Assembly: GCA_027365485.1 (NCBI GenBank)
Contig: DAHXNH010000185.1
Coordinates: 955 to 64,954 of the forward strand
Direction: 5' to 3'
Length of the DNA stretch: 64,000 bases
DNA from: Clostridiales bacterium
Lineage (GTDB): Bacteria > Bacillota > Sulfobacillia > Sulfobacillales > Sulfobacillaceae
Made by a program: the position numbers and the translations under genes. How positions within the stretch are numbered: position 1 is the stretch's first letter; every line of letters starts with the position of its first letter. Under the pieces are notes generated by a model that did not search any database, was not told the origin of the DNA, and worked only from the letters and a program-made list of their open reading frames with translations. This document shows positions 39,305 to 50,484 of the stretch, piece by piece.

Positions 39305-40711
39305 TCAGAGTATATACCGATTGATGTCAATACTTTCCGCGATCTTAGATAGGCGTTGATCGACGTATTGTTTGGTAATCGGTATCGTCTGCCCAGAAAG
39401 TTCTGGAGCATTGAAGCTCACTTCTTCCAACACGCGTTCCAAGATGGTGTGCAACCGGCGAGCTCCAATGTTCTCCGTGTCCCGGTTGACCTGATCCGCA
39501 TAGTGCGCCATGGCTAGGATCGAATCGTCATCGAATTCCAAGGTCACCTCTTCCGCGCGCATTAAGGCACGGTATTGATGGATTAATGAATGGCGGGGCT
39601 CGGTTAAAATTCGATAAAAGTCCTGCTCGGTCAATGCATCGAATTCGACCCGAATCGGAAACCGGCCTTGCAATTCCGGTATCAAGTCGCTCGGCTTAGA
39701 AACATGGAAGGCCCCCGCGGCGATGAATAAAATATGGTCGGTGCGAACCGGTCCGTATTTGGTATTGACGGTCGACCCTTCGACGATGGGCAAAATGTCG
39801 CGCTGCACGCCTTCCCGGGATACGTCCGGTCCATGGCTGGAATCGCCGCCGGCTATTTTGTCAAATTCATCAATAAAGACGATGCCTTGCTGCTCGGCAC
39901 GCCATACCGCTTCAGCGTTGACTTCGTCGCCATCAATCAGTTTCTGAGCTTCTTCCTGGGTCAATACTTTCCGGGCTTCGGCCACCGTCATTTTCCTTCG
40001 CTTGGTGCGCCGAGGAATCAGTCCCTGGAACATTTCCCCAAGATTCATCTGCATTTCATCGTTGCCTGGCATCCCACCCATCATCGGCAGTGCCGGCGCC
40101 TGATCTTCCACATCCACTTCAATCAGTTCTTGCTCCATCGTGCGGTCGCGCAGTTGATCACGAATGCGCCGGCGCTCTTCTTCGATGCGACGGCGCTCTT
40201 CCTGGTCTACCTGGCTACTTTGAGAATCACGACTCGCGCCGCCAAATAGCACCTCAAACGGATTCTTGCTCGCGCTTTGATCATCTCGGGTCAACGGCGC
40301 CATGGCGTCCACAATACGGTCCTCAGCCAATCTAGCCGCACGATCCTCGACCGACACGGTACGTTCCTCTTTCACCATGCGCACCGCCGTCTCTACCAGG
40401 TCCCGAATCATGGCGTCGACATCCCGGCCGACATAACCCACTTCGGTGAACTTGGTCGCCTCAATCTTGATAAACGGCACCTTGAGGAGTTTCGATAGTC
40501 GTCGAGCGACTTCGGTCTTTCCTACTCCGGTCGGTCCGATCATCAGAATGTTTTTTGGCGTAATATCCTCTTGCCACTCCGGATCCAACTGGCTCCTTTG
40601 CCATCGATGCCTCAGGGCGATGGCGACGGCGCGCTTAGCATCCCCCTGACCAACGATATAGCGGTCCAATTCTTCCACAATGCGCTTTGGCGTCCAGGTC
40701 AACTCATCCAT
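39305..40711 (-). CDS. hslU: ATP-dependent protease ATPase subunit HslU
   Basis: Walker A MIGPTGVGKTE and overall HslU architecture. Adjacent to hslV. Confidence 0.95.
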   Translation of the reverse strand: MDELTWTPKRIVEELDRYIVGQGDAKRAVAIALRHRWQRSQLDPEWQEDITPKNILMIGPTGVGKTEVARRLSKLLKVPFIKIEATKFTEVGYVGRDVDAMIRDLVETAVRMVKEERTVSVEDRAARLAEDRIVDAMAPLTRDDQSASKNPFEVLFGGASRDSQSSQVDQEERRRIEEERRRIRDQLRDRTMEQELIEVDVEDQAPALPMMGGMPGNDEMQMNLGEMFQGLIPRRTKRRKMTVAEARKVLTQEEAQKLIDGDEVNAEAVWRAEQQGIVFIDEFDKIAGGDSSHGPDVSREGVQRDILPIVEGSTVNTKYGPVRTDHILFIAAGAFHVSKPSDLIPELQGRFPIRVEFDALTEQDFYRILTEPRHSLIHQYRALMRAEEVTLEFDDDSILAMAHYADQVNRDTENIGARRLHTILERVLEEVSFNAPELSGQTIPITKQYVDQRLSKIAESIDINRYIL

Positions 40712-40714
40712 GGA

Positions 40715-41278
40715 TTACGCCTCCCTCTTGGGTATACTTTCGATAGTCAAGTGATTATTGGTGTACACACAAATTTCGGATGCGATTAAAAGCGAGCGCT
40801 CCGCAATTTCTCGTACCGGCAATCTCGGCTCCAAGGACGAAAACGCTCGCGCCGCAGCCAAGGCATAACTGCCTCCCGAACCGATGGCGGCAATGCCGTC
40901 ATCGGGCTCAATCACTTCCCCGGCTCCTGATAACATCAGTAAATGGTCGCCGTCAGCGACCAGAAGCAAGGCTTCCAATTTGCCCAACATACGATCGGTC
41001 CGCCACTCCCGACTCAAGGCCACCGCCGATCGGGTCAGGTTGCCCCGATATTCCTCAAGTTTGCCCTCGAATCGTTCGAACAGCGTCAGGGCATCGGCCA
41101 CCGCGCCGGCAAAACCTGCGAGGACGGCGTCGTGATATAACCGCCGAACCTTTACTGCCGTATGCTTCATCACCGTATTTTGTCCAAACGTGACTTGCCC
41201 GTCGCCGCCAATCACGGCTTCACCCTCTCGAACCAGGCCTAATATGGTAGTCCCATGAAAACTCGTCTCGTTCTCCAT
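40715..41278 (-). CDS. hslV: ATP-dependent protease subunit HslV
   Basis: FHGTTILG N-terminal Thr nucleophile region. ATG at 41278 follows AAAGGAGGA. Confidence 0.9.
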   Translation of the reverse strand: MENETSFHGTTILGLVREGEAVIGGDGQVTFGQNTVMKHTAVKVRRLYHDAVLAGFAGAVADALTLFERFEGKLEEYRGNLTRSAVALSREWRTDRMLGKLEALLLVADGDHLLMLSGAGEVIEPDDGIAAIGSGGSYALAAARAFSSLEPRLPVREIAERSLLIASEICVYTNNHLTIESIPKREA

Positions 41279-41344
41279 CGTGTCCTCCTTTGACCCGAGA
41301 TCGGCTCGTGCCGGTAAAATCCCTCCAACCACCGCTTGGGTCCG

Positions 41345-42223
41345 CTACGCCCGAGGATGCGCACTTTGATATACTCGAGCCAAGTGGTCTTGGGAAACGT
41401 GAGTATATATCTGCGTGGTACGTAGGCTGGCATGGCCCAACAATTCCTGAACCACCCGCAAATCCGCCCCATTCATTAACAGATGGGTGGCGAAACTGTG
41501 CCTCAGCCAGTGGGGACTGATGTCTCGCCCAATCGCACTCTCTTCTAGGACTGCCTTCACCACTCGACCTACGCTTCGGGTGCTGAGCCGGGTCCCCAAG
41601 TGATTCACGAACAGTGCGGCTTCGCCAGGAAACGCCAACTTAGGTCGTGCGTCATTCAGGTATCGCGATAATGCCAACCGGGCCTTTTCGCCAAACGGCA
41701 CCCATCGCTCTTTTTTTCCCTTCCCCAAAACCTTAAAGAATCGTTCCGACCAGTCAATGTCATCGAGACTCAATCCAACCAGTTCACTGGCCCGAAGTCC
41801 TCCCCCATAAAGGCTCTCTAGCATCGCCCAGTTTCGCAGTCCCAAAGGCCCCGCTTTATGCATCGCCGCCTCAATCAAGGCCGAGGTCTCATCCAGGGTG
41901 AGCACCCGAGGCAAACCGCGACGAAAACGGGGGGCCAGAAGACGTCGGGCTGGATTTTCCGTGAGCCCTTGCTCGCGCACAACGTAAGAAAAAAAGGATC
42001 GTACGGCGGCCACCTTGCGCGCCACGGTCCGGGCTTGACATCCCGACTCGGCCATCGAGACCACGTAGCCACGCAGTTCCCGATGGCTCCATGCCGCTAA
42101 GTCCCAGCGATCGTTCAAGCACCCGGTCAAGTCCGTCCGGTACGCCTTGATGGTATGCTCTGACGCCCCTCGGGCCACTAAATAACGAAGGTAGCGCTCA
42201 AGCCAAACCTTCCCGTCGACCAT
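41345..42223 (-). CDS. xerC: tyrosine recombinase XerC (CodV-type)
   Basis: Catalytic motifs GGLRASEL, HWLRHSFATHLL and GHASLRTTQIYTH. Position upstream of hslVU-codY fits the expected order. Confidence 0.85.
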   Translation of the reverse strand: MVDGKVWLERYLRYLVARGASEHTIKAYRTDLTGCLNDRWDLAAWSHRELRGYVVSMAESGCQARTVARKVAAVRSFFSYVVREQGLTENPARRLLAPRFRRGLPRVLTLDETSALIEAAMHKAGPLGLRNWAMLESLYGGGLRASELVGLSLDDIDWSERFFKVLGKGKKERWVPFGEKARLALSRYLNDARPKLAFPGEAALFVNHLGTRLSTRSVGRVVKAVLEESAIGRDISPHWLRHSFATHLLMNGADLRVVQELLGHASLRTTQIYTHVSQDHLARVYQSAHPRA

Positions 42224-42244
42224 CTTTTCACCCGCTTTCGGTGA

Positions 42245-44347
42245 CTAGCCCAAAGCCTGCTCTTGTTCATGTCCACACCCCTCGCGCAGACAAACCAGCC
42301 CTTCTTTGCCGCCGCGACGACGGATGCCCAAACTGGCTCCGCATTTCGGACAGACGGCATCACTGGGGCGATTCCAGGTGACGAAGTCGCACTGCGGATA
42401 GCCGCTGCACCCGTAAAACGTTCGGCCTTTTCGGCTGCGTCGAACGACAATCGGCAATCCACACTTCGGACAAATCCCAGGCGTTTTTTCCAACAACGGC
42501 TTCGTGGATTGGCATTCCGGATACCCAGAACAGGCCAGGAATTTGCCAAATCGCCCGCGCTTAACCACCATCGGCCGACCGCAAATTTCACAAACCTCAT
42601 CGGTGGTCTCTTCAGGCAGTTCGATGCGGCCAATATCTGCTTCGGCGACCTCAAGCTCCTTTTCAAACGGTCCGTAAAATTTCTTCAGCACGTCGCGCCA
42701 GTCCAAACCGTTGTCTTCGACTTCATCGAGTTGAGATTCTACCGCCGCAGTAAACTTTGTATCTACAATTTCTGGAAAATACTGTCGCAGTAAGTCTACC
42801 ACGACTCGACCCAATTCGGTGGCACTGAGACGACGCTGCTCGCGGGTCACATAGTCGCGGGTCACCAGGGTCTCAATCGTTGGCACATAGGTTGACGGTC
42901 GCCCGATGCCTAATTCTTCCAAAGTTTTCACCAAACTGGCTTCCGTGAACCGGGCTGGAGGTTCGGTATAGTGTTGCTCGGATTGAATTTCTAGCACCGT
43001 CAACGTCTGGCCCTTTTGCAAGAGAGCCAAAGTGGTCGGCAAACCGTCCAGAGCAAAGTCGCCTGACTCTTGATCGTTCGATTCCTGATAGACTTCCTGG
43101 TACCCTCGAAACGTCACCGTGGAATGACTCACCCGAAACTGGTGTCCACTGCCTTCCAACTCCACCGAGGTAATGCGATAAACGGCGGGCGCCATTTGAC
43201 TCGCCACAAACCGTTCCCAGATCAAACGATACAAGCGATTCTGGTCGCGATTCAAGCGCGCCTTCACCCGCTCGGGCGTACGCAGCACCGAGGTCGGTCG
43301 AATGGCCTCGTGCGCATCTTGAACGCCGGGGCGTTCCTTCTTGGCTCGCTTTCCCGGCACCCCCAACAACTGCTCTCCATACGTATCCAAGATATACTGC
43401 TTGGCCTCGGATTCTGCACTATCTGCAACTCGGGTGGAGTCGGTACGAATGTAGGTCACCAATCCGACCTGACCCTCCCCGACGTCCAACCCTTCATAGA
43501 GTTGTTGCGCTAAACTCATCGTTCTGCGCACCGTAAATCCCAGTTTTCGGGCAGCCTCCTGCTGTAGAGTCGATGTGGTAAAAGGCGGTGCCGGATTTCT
43601 TCGACGGTCCCTCTCCTTCACCGAGGTGACTTGGACTGCCTGCCCGCTTAGCTTGGAGACCACCAGAGCCGCCTCTTCCGCGGACACCCGTCCCTTTTCG
43701 CCAAGCGGTCCCGCATACGAAGCTAAAATCGCTTCGCCTACCCCATCGCCAGCGGTCAGTCCGAGGGTATAGTATTCTTCCGGAACGAAGGATTCAATTT
43801 CCATCTCCCGATCGACCAAGATTCTAAGCGCCGTGGACTGAACCCGGCCCGCCGACAACCCCGGCCGCACCTTGCGCCATAACAAAGGAGAAAGTTTGTA
43901 ACCGACTACTCGATCCAAGACGCGACGGGCTTGCTGGGCATTGACGAGTTCCATGTTAATCGGCCGGGCATGATGAATCGCCGCGGTCACGGCTTCTTTC
44001 GTGATTTCGTGAAACTCGATACGCTGCGGATTGGCAATGTCGAGACCCAACATTTCCGCTAGATGCCACGAAATCGCCTCACCTTCGCGATCCGGGTCGG
44101 TGGCAAGATATACCTTATCCGTTTTTTTTGCCGCGTCCCTGAGTTCCTTCAACAACGGCCCCTTGCCCCGAATGGTAATGTAGCGAGGCTCAAAATTGTG
44201 GTCGACGTCCACCCCAAATTGACTTTTGGGCAGGTCTCGTACGTGCCCCAACGATGCCTTGACTTGATACCGAGAACCCAGAAAACGGCTAATCGTCTTT
44301 GCCTTTGCAGGTGACTCGACAATGATCAGCGGTTTCGGCTTGGCCAC
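42245..44347 (-). CDS. topA: DNA topoisomerase I
   Basis: Toprim N-terminus LIIVESPAKAKTI, active-site region, and C-terminal CxxC zinc ribbons. GTG start after AGGGGAGG. Confidence 0.95.
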   Translation of the reverse strand: MAKPKPLIIVESPAKAKTISRFLGSRYQVKASLGHVRDLPKSQFGVDVDHNFEPRYITIRGKGPLLKELRDAAKKTDKVYLATDPDREGEAISWHLAEMLGLDIANPQRIEFHEITKEAVTAAIHHARPINMELVNAQQARRVLDRVVGYKLSPLLWRKVRPGLSAGRVQSTALRILVDREMEIESFVPEEYYTLGLTAGDGVGEAILASYAGPLGEKGRVSAEEAALVVSKLSGQAVQVTSVKERDRRRNPAPPFTTSTLQQEAARKLGFTVRRTMSLAQQLYEGLDVGEGQVGLVTYIRTDSTRVADSAESEAKQYILDTYGEQLLGVPGKRAKKERPGVQDAHEAIRPTSVLRTPERVKARLNRDQNRLYRLIWERFVASQMAPAVYRITSVELEGSGHQFRVSHSTVTFRGYQEVYQESNDQESGDFALDGLPTTLALLQKGQTLTVLEIQSEQHYTEPPARFTEASLVKTLEELGIGRPSTYVPTIETLVTRDYVTREQRRLSATELGRVVVDLLRQYFPEIVDTKFTAAVESQLDEVEDNGLDWRDVLKKFYGPFEKELEVAEADIGRIELPEETTDEVCEICGRPMVVKRGRFGKFLACSGYPECQSTKPLLEKTPGICPKCGLPIVVRRSRKGRTFYGCSGYPQCDFVTWNRPSDAVCPKCGASLGIRRRGGKEGLVCLREGCGHEQEQALG

Positions 44348-44376
44348 ACGACCACCTCCCCTATTAGCAGTTTCCT

Positions 44377-44385
44377 ATTATATCA
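44377..44385 (-). promoter_or_regulatory. extended -10 promoter element TGATATAAT upstream of topA
   Basis: The minus strand reads TTTGATATAAT about 30 nt upstream of the topA GTG. No good -35. Confidence 0.35.
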
Positions 44386-44553
44386 AACTACGGACCCATA
44401 ACAGTGTGCCCCAAGCTTAGGATCAAACCGACCCATATCCCCGGCGGCAACCATCTGCTGCCGGCTGGCCTCTCACAGAGTGCGCTAGGCTTAGCCGGAT
44501 TCAGCCCCGAGCGCTTTGCACGCTTGAGTGACCGATATCACTCGCTGTCTCCC

Positions 44554-45195
44554 CTATTTAGCGGACGAGCGACTGAGCCAATGGCGGACAAAGCTCAGTC
44601 GGTGAGCGGGACAAGCCCCAAATTCCAACACGGCGGCACGGTGCAACGGGGTAGCGTAGCCCTTGTGGCTGCCAAATCCATACTCGGGATATTGCTCGGA
44701 CAACTCCTCCATGTACCGATCGCGCGCAATTTTTGCCACCACCGACGCGGCCGCGATACTAGCGCATCGGCCATCTCCGTGCAACAAACACCATTCTTGC
44801 CACGGGCCTGACACCTCCATGGCATCGGTCAACACCACGTCGGGAACCTCGGGCAAACGCTCTAAGGCCAAACCCATCGCCCGGCGACTCGCTTCTAAGA
44901 TGTTCATTCGCTCAATCTGTTCGGGTCCGACAAAACCGATACTGATAGCGGCGGCTTGATCTATGATGATGGGCAACAAGTTCAGCCGCTGACTTTCCGA
45001 TAGACGCTTCGAATCGTCGAGGCCTTCAATTCGGCAGCCAGGCACCAACACCACTGCAGCCGCGACCACCGGACCGGCCACCGGACCGCGGCCGACTTCA
45101 TCGACCCCGGCCACGCGCATCTTTCCCAGTTGCCATATGCTCCGTTCCCATTCGATCAATTGATCCCAGGAGGGATGCGCTTTGCGGCTCGTCAT
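44554..45195 (-). CDS. rnhB: ribonuclease HII
   Basis: GVDEVGRGPVAGPVV and DSKRL motifs. Start overlaps the rbgA stop (TAATG). Confidence 0.9.
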   Translation of the reverse strand: MTSRKAHPSWDQLIEWERSIWQLGKMRVAGVDEVGRGPVAGPVVAAAVVLVPGCRIEGLDDSKRLSESQRLNLLPIIIDQAAAISIGFVGPEQIERMNILEASRRAMGLALERLPEVPDVVLTDAMEVSGPWQEWCLLHGDGRCASIAAASVVAKIARDRYMEELSEQYPEYGFGSHKGYATPLHRAAVLEFGACPAHRLSFVRHWLSRSSAK

Positions 45196-45944
45196 TATTC
45201 AGGAAGTTCCAGACTGAGACGCCCAAATTTTCCCTGTCTAAAGTCACTTAACACCGCTTGCGCAGTTCGAAGACTATCCACTTTGCCTCCAACCGAAAGA
45301 TAGCCGCGAGATCGTCCCCAGGCTTCCAATGAGCCCAAACGCGCCTCCGGAACCACGGTGGTTAACCGTGCGGCGACCTCTTCAATGTCGTCTGGACTTA
45401 AAGCCACTACCCCCAGCGCTTGAAGCTTCCAATCCCGTGATTTGGCCGGCGTTACCACCCCCGGCAAATCCAGCCACTCCCAGCCATCTCCCGGCCGTAT
45501 CCATTGCGGACCCCGGGTCAAGCCCGGCTTAGCACCAGTGGCCACCCGATGCCGACCCACCATGCGATTGAGCAGCGTGGATTTGCCGACATTGGGCAAC
45601 CCCACCACGGATAAGCGGCGCGGCGGAGGCAGTTTGTCGACGAGAATACGGCTTAAGAGTTGATGTGCGCGGGGATCGGTGGCCGTTAGACCAACCACCG
45701 CGAGGACTCGTGGATCAGATCCCAGCTGCCGTTGCCATTTTTGCGTGGGTCCAGGCGCGGCTAACTCGACCTTGTTCAGGACTAAGACTAACGGGGTCTT
45801 GCCGATCCAGGTCAACAACGGTCGATGGCGAGTAGCCAAGGGCGCGCGCGCGTCCACCACTTCCACAAAAGCACTGACCCACGGTGCCAGTTCACGAATG
45901 GTCTTTTGGGTAGCGACCATATGGCCCGGATACCAATTCCCCAT
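45195..45944 (-). CDS. rbgA: ribosome biogenesis GTPase A (YlqF)
   Basis: Circularly permuted GTPase with LNKVEL followed by GLPNVGKST. ATG at 45944 overlaps the lepB stop (TAATG). Confidence 0.85.
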   Translation of the reverse strand: MGNWYPGHMVATQKTIRELAPWVSAFVEVVDARAPLATRHRPLLTWIGKTPLVLVLNKVELAAPGPTQKWQRQLGSDPRVLAVVGLTATDPRAHQLLSRILVDKLPPPRRLSVVGLPNVGKSTLLNRMVGRHRVATGAKPGLTRGPQWIRPGDGWEWLDLPGVVTPAKSRDWKLQALGVVALSPDDIEEVAARLTTVVPEARLGSLEAWGRSRGYLSVGGKVDSLRTAQAVLSDFRQGKFGRLSLELPE

Positions 45945-46489
45945 TATTTCAGCCAGTGGAAGTCGTGAGGCGGCCACCAAATTAAGAAGGCTTGTCCGCG
46001 AACATTCTTCATCGGCAACAATCCGAACAATCGACTATCGTAGCTTTTGGGCCGGTTGTCGCCTTCTACCCACAGATATCCCTTGGGGACATAGGTCGGA
46101 GGCACATTGACCGACTGCCGATATTTCAAAAACGGTTCCGGATATTTCTTGCCGTTAATGTAGACGACGTTGTTCTTTACAGAAACCGTGTCTCCGGGAA
46201 TGCCGATGACGCGTTTAATCCAATCTTGACTAGGAATGACCGGGGATTTGAACACGATAATTTGCCCGGTGTGGGGCTCCTCAAAGTCGTACAAAAACTT
46301 ATTAACGAGTACCCGGTCACCATTATGGAGGGTGGGCAACATCGAGGTGCCGTTGACCTCAAACGACTCGATGACAAAGGTTCGAATTAAAAACGCCAAA
46401 ATCAACGCCAAGACAATGGTCTCAACGACTTCCAACCACGGCGAACGTTCCTTGGCCGACTTCTTCTCCACTTCTTGCTTCTGATCCAT
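45944..46489 (-). CDS. lepB: signal peptidase I
   Basis: Motifs GTSMLPTL, RVIGIPGD, GDNRPKSYDSR. ATG at 46489 follows AAAGGGGG. Confidence 0.85.
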   Translation of the reverse strand: MDQKQEVEKKSAKERSPWLEVVETIVLALILAFLIRTFVIESFEVNGTSMLPTLHNGDRVLVNKFLYDFEEPHTGQIIVFKSPVIPSQDWIKRVIGIPGDTVSVKNNVVYINGKKYPEPFLKYRQSVNVPPTYVPKGYLWVEGDNRPKSYDSRLFGLLPMKNVRGQAFLIWWPPHDFHWLK

Positions 46490-46552
46490 AATAACCCCCT
46501 TTGAACCCGATAGAGACATAAATGTGAAGACACCGTTTCCGGTGTCTTCGGT

Positions 46553-46894
46553 CTAGCGGCGTTCCCTGATCCGCGCAGCTTTGCCGCGGAGGTTTCGAAG
46601 GTAATAAAGCTTAGCCCTGCGCACCTTGCCCCGCCGCGTGACTTCGATGTGGGCCAGCCGCGGCGAATGCAGGAGAAATGTTCGCTCGACGCCGACCCCA
46701 TAGCTCACCCGCCGAACCGTAAACGTCTTCGACAAGCCCACCCCGCGCTTAGAAATCACCACGCCTTCAAACTGCTGTTCTCGTTCGCGATTGCCTTCGC
46801 GAACAATCACGCCCACCCGCACGGTATCCCCTGCACGGAACTTCGGCAAGTCGGTTCGCATCTGTTCTTCCTCAATTAAGCCGATGTAATCCAC
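46553..46894 (-). CDS. rplS: 50S ribosomal protein L19
   Basis: [12 protein letters not shown]...REGNRER motif. GTG at 46894 follows AAGGGGGAA. The longer ORF extension looks spurious. Confidence 0.9.
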   Translation of the reverse strand: MDYIGLIEEEQMRTDLPKFRAGDTVRVGVIVREGNREREQQFEGVVISKRGVGLSKTFTVRRVSYGVGVERTFLLHSPRLAHIEVTRRGKVRRAKLYYLRNLRGKAARIRERR

Positions 46895-46934
46895 TCCGGT
46901 TTCCCCCTTTGAAATCGTCCAAATTATAGCATGC

Positions 46935-47642
46935 TCAATCCGCATCGTCGATTCGCTTGGCGTCGAGCAAGTCCGGGCGACGCTTTGTTGTCCGCTCTGC
47001 ACTCATCGCTCGCTGCCAGGCCTGAATCGATTGGTGATTGCCCGACAGTAATACGGGTGGCACCCGCCATTGCCGGTACTGCTCGGGCCGGGTGTACTGC
47101 GGACCTTCCAGTCCCCCGCTGCCATCCTCAAACGTATCGGTTAACGCACCGTCTTGGGCGCCCAGCACGCCCATCTGCAAGCGTGTAATGGCATCCACTA
47201 AGACCAAAGCAGGCAGTTCGCCCCCGGTCAATACATAATCCCCAATCGACACTTCGCTGCCTCCGAGGATCTCCAAGGCACGTTCGTCAATCCCCTCGTA
47301 ATGCCCCGCGATGATAATGAGATGATCTTCCTGAGCGAGCGTTCGACACAGCGCTTGGTCTAAGGGCTTACCCTGCGGAGAGGTCCAAATCACCGTAGCC
47401 ACGGCCTTGTGGTGCATCATCGCCCATTCTACTGCCGGTACCACGACATCCGCACGAAGCAGCATTCCCGGACCGCCACCAAACGGATAATCGTCCGTCT
47501 GATGGTGAATGCCTATCCCGAACGGCCGCAACGGCACCAGCCGAATCTCCACCCCGGCCACGGTTTGTGCCCGCCGCAACATACTGGTGGTTAGCATTGG
47601 CGCCAAGATTTCGGGAAACAAGGTGACCACCTGAATCACCAT
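46935..47642 (-). CDS. trmD: tRNA (guanine37-N1)-methyltransferase
   Basis: Motifs [28 protein letters not shown]. Confidence 0.95.
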   Translation of the reverse strand: MVIQVVTLFPEILAPMLTTSMLRRAQTVAGVEIRLVPLRPFGIGIHHQTDDYPFGGGPGMLLRADVVVPAVEWAMMHHKAVATVIWTSPQGKPLDQALCRTLAQEDHLIIIAGHYEGIDERALEILGGSEVSIGDYVLTGGELPALVLVDAITRLQMGVLGAQDGALTDTFEDGSGGLEGPQYTRPEQYRQWRVPPVLLSGNHQSIQAWQRAMSAERTTKRRPDLLDAKRIDDAD

Positions 47643-48176
47643 TTAATGAAGATCCTCCAAGCCCTCAGGCAATGATACCCAAATGGTTTGCTCCTCGAGG
47701 TCGATTCGATTCACCATGGCCCGAACGATTGGGATCCAAAACGACGCCTGATTCGGTCGCGACACTTCCAGAAAATCATGAGCGCCTCCCTGGCGATGGA
47801 CATGAACAACCTGGCCCAATTCGCGACCATCCGAATCGCGCACCGCCATCCCGAGCAGTTGATACCAATAAAAAGAGTCAATCGGCAAATCCGGCAGGCT
47901 CTGGCGCAAAACCAGGATGCGAGCTCCGCGAAGCGCTGCCGCCTGCTCCCGAGACGTGACCGCAGCTAGGTGCAAGATGGTTATCCGCCCACTCGCCGTC
48001 CACTGCCGTACCGCCCAGCCATCCCCTTCGATTTTATCCAACCAAATCCGCTCAAGCGCCCTCAACCGCTCAGGAAAATCCGTCGTAGGAAGCACACGCA
48101 ACGCTCCCATCGTGCCGTGGGGCGACCCGACTTCCCCCACTTGCACACCGTCGCTCCCTAAGCTCTCAGACGCCAT
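47643..48176 (-). CDS. rimM: 16S rRNA processing protein RimM
   Basis: [16 protein letters not shown]...TDFPE N-terminal motif. Position between rpsP and trmD fits the expected order. Confidence 0.85.
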   Translation of the reverse strand: MASESLGSDGVQVGEVGSPHGTMGALRVLPTTDFPERLRALERIWLDKIEGDGWAVRQWTASGRITILHLAAVTSREQAAALRGARILVLRQSLPDLPIDSFYWYQLLGMAVRDSDGRELGQVVHVHRQGGAHDFLEVSRPNQASFWIPIVRAMVNRIDLEEQTIWVSLPEGLEDLH

Positions 48177-48450
48177 CGACCGGCACGGATCGCTTGCCTT
48201 CCTGAATGGTCTTCAGGACGCCGACCTGTCGTAACAACGAGCGCGCCGTATCCGTCGGTTGAGCCCCATTGAGCAGCCACTGGGTCGCTTTTTCGGTATC
48301 GATTTTAACCACCGCCGGATCCTTCGTGGGATCGTAATAGCCAATTTCCTCAATGAAGCGTCCATCTCTGGGCGAGCGCGAATCTGCCACCACCACGCGA
48401 TAAAACGGGCGTTTCTTAGCCCCCATTCGACGCAAACGAATCTTTACCAT
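48166..48450 (-). CDS. rpsP: 30S ribosomal protein S16
   Basis: N-terminus [25 protein letters not shown]. Confidence 0.9.
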   Translation of the reverse strand: MVKIRLRRMGAKKRPFYRVVVADSRSPRDGRFIEEIGYYDPTKDPAVVKIDTEKATQWLLNGAQPTDTARSLLRQVGVLKTIQEGKRSVPVDGV

Positions 48451-48527
48451 ATCTTTAATATCCTCCTCATATCGTGATTGGTTATGGCGTTCACTGCGGC
48501 TCCCTCGACATCCTCAACGACGAACGC

Positions 48528-49871
48528 TCAGCCTTCGGGCATCGGTGGAAACGGCAATTTGGGCATGCCGCGCTTGCCTTTGCGCATGCCTTTTACCTGA
48601 CGCATCACCTTTTGCATCTCCTGAAACTGCTTCAACAAGCGGTTGACCTCTTGAACGGTAGTCCCACTGCCGCGAGCAATCCTCAGCCGTCGGCTGCCAT
48701 CTAAGACTTTGGGCCGCCGACGCTCTAACGGAGTCATCGAACTCAAGATCGCTTCGACTCGCGCCAAGCTTTTGTCATCGACTTGATTCTTGAGCTTGCC
48801 CATCGCCCCCATCCCCGGAATCATTTCCATGACCTTGGACAGAGGGCCCAGCCGCTTCACTTGTTGGAGCATCGCGCGAAACTCTTCGAGACTAAAGTCA
48901 CCGCTTTCCACCCGTTTGGCTAAATCTTCCGTTTCCGCGCGGTCCAGTGACAATTCGGCCTTTTCGATCAGCGAGAGTACGTCGCCCATGCCCAAAATTC
49001 GTGAAGCCATGCGCTCGGGCTGAAACGCCTCAAGCGCATCCAGCTTCTCCCCGGTCGTAATCAGCTTAATCGGAAGACCGGTGACGGCGCGAATCGACAG
49101 GGCCGCCCCCCCTCGCGCATCTCCATCAAGTTTGGTCAACACCACGCCGGTCAAAGGCAAGCGTTGGCGAAAACTTTCGGTCACCCGAACCGCATCTTGA
49201 CCGGTCATAGCATCGACAACCAAAAGCGTTTCGTGCGCGGGAACTTTTTTCTCCATGGCTTCCAATTCCGCCATCAAGCCTTCGTCAATGTGCAAACGAC
49301 CTGCCGTATCAATGATGAGCACGTCACGGGCCAGTTTTCGACTCTGGGCTACGCCTTGAACGGCCAATTCCACTGGATTGGCCCCTTCAGAATAATACAC
49401 CGGCACATCCAATTGCGACGCCAGAGTGCGCAATTGGTCGACAGCCGCAGGTCGATAGATGTCAGCGGCTACCAAGAGCGGCAGCCTGCCTTGATCTTTC
49501 AACATCCGAGCGAGTTTGGCCGCGGTAGTGGTTTTACCCGATCCTTGCAGTCCGACCAAGTAGATCACCGTGGGAGGGTTGGATGCCATCGTCACTCGAG
49601 CGGGTTGGCGCCCCATTAATTCGCTCAGTTCGTCGCGCACGACCCGGACCACCTCTTGGTCCGGAGTCAAGCTGGCTAGGATTTCCTGACCCACGGCACG
49701 AGCTTCCACTTTGGCCAAAAACTCTTTGACCACCTTGAAGTTGACGTCCGCTTCTAATAGCGCAAGACGCACCTCGCGCACCGCTTCGCGAACATCGGCC
49801 TCCGAAAGTACACCCTTCCTGCGCAGGCGTCGAAACGCCGCCTCAAGTTTTTCAGAAAGACTGTCAAACAT
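48528..49871 (-). CDS. ffh: signal recognition particle protein Ffh
   Basis: MFDSLSEKL N-terminus, G-domain GLQGSGKTT/DTAGR/TKLDG, and a Met-rich M domain. ATG at 49871. Confidence 0.95.
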   Translation of the reverse strand: MFDSLSEKLEAAFRRLRRKGVLSEADVREAVREVRLALLEADVNFKVVKEFLAKVEARAVGQEILASLTPDQEVVRVVRDELSELMGRQPARVTMASNPPTVIYLVGLQGSGKTTTAAKLARMLKDQGRLPLLVAADIYRPAAVDQLRTLASQLDVPVYYSEGANPVELAVQGVAQSRKLARDVLIIDTAGRLHIDEGLMAELEAMEKKVPAHETLLVVDAMTGQDAVRVTESFRQRLPLTGVVLTKLDGDARGGAALSIRAVTGLPIKLITTGEKLDALEAFQPERMASRILGMGDVLSLIEKAELSLDRAETEDLAKRVESGDFSLEEFRAMLQQVKRLGPLSKVMEMIPGMGAMGKLKNQVDDKSLARVEAILSSMTPLERRRPKVLDGSRRLRIARGSGTTVQEVNRLLKQFQEMQKVMRQVKGMRKGKRGMPKLPFPPMPEG

Positions 49872-50223
49872 CGCCGAGCCCTTCTTCCTGTGCCACTCTG
49901 TCATAAGCCGCCCAAACGCGAGCGCGCCACGACTCCTCCAGGGGTAAATCTAAAAGCACCTGGCGCAAATCATCCAACGCTTTTTGTTTGGCTCGCCAGG
50001 ACCGCAGTAAACCCAACTTGGCTTCATAGTCGAAAAGCGAGTGACGACTGCGCTCTAAAATATCATGCACCGCCGCTCGACTGGTCGCTTGGGCTTCACC
50101 AATTTCGGACAACGACCAATCTTCCGACCAGTACAGTTGCCACACCTTGCGCTGATGTTCGGTCAATAATTCTCCATAAAGGTCAAAGAGCAAGGCCGCT
50201 TCCAAACGATTGGTCTTCAGCAT
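49864..50223 (-). CDS. ylxM: YlxM/UPF0122 putative HTH protein
   Basis: LFDLYGELLTEHQRKVWQLYWSEDWSLSEIGE (sigma-70 region-4-like HTH). ATG at 50223. Its end overlaps the ffh start. Confidence 0.8.
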   Translation of the reverse strand: MLKTNRLEAALLFDLYGELLTEHQRKVWQLYWSEDWSLSEIGEAQATSRAAVHDILERSRHSLFDYEAKLGLLRSWRAKQKALDDLRQVLLDLPLEESWRARVWAAYDRVAQEEGLGDV

Positions 50224-50484
50224 AAGCCTCCCGACTGTCAAGGCAATTAGCTTTACAGCAGGATTCAGATTAGCAATTCGCGGGCCCGGTGTCAAGGCGG
50301 CGGCTAATCGCAAGCCAGGACTAGAGAGAATGCCATCGTCTTGACCCGAACCAAGGACGGCCCAGGCAAGTTCTTTGCCGCTTGGGTGCAGAGTCAATGC
50401 CAGAGCATCCCCAAGACCTGAGCCAAATCGATTACAATGGCGGTATGAGGGCAGAGAAAATATTCGTACCCTCATCGATAGGAG

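Noticed and set aside
42178-42666. 162-aa ORF overlapping the topA 3' end and the xerC start.
   Set aside because: It lies out of frame inside the topA zinc-ribbon region, and its composition is typical of shadow ORFs.
49864-50475. Long 203-aa version of ylxM, plus 5' extensions of rplS (to 47002), hslV (to 41332), lepB (to 46519), rbgA (to 45980) and ffh (to 49904).
   Set aside because: The conserved N-termini and good SDs support the internal starts. The extensions overlap upstream genes.
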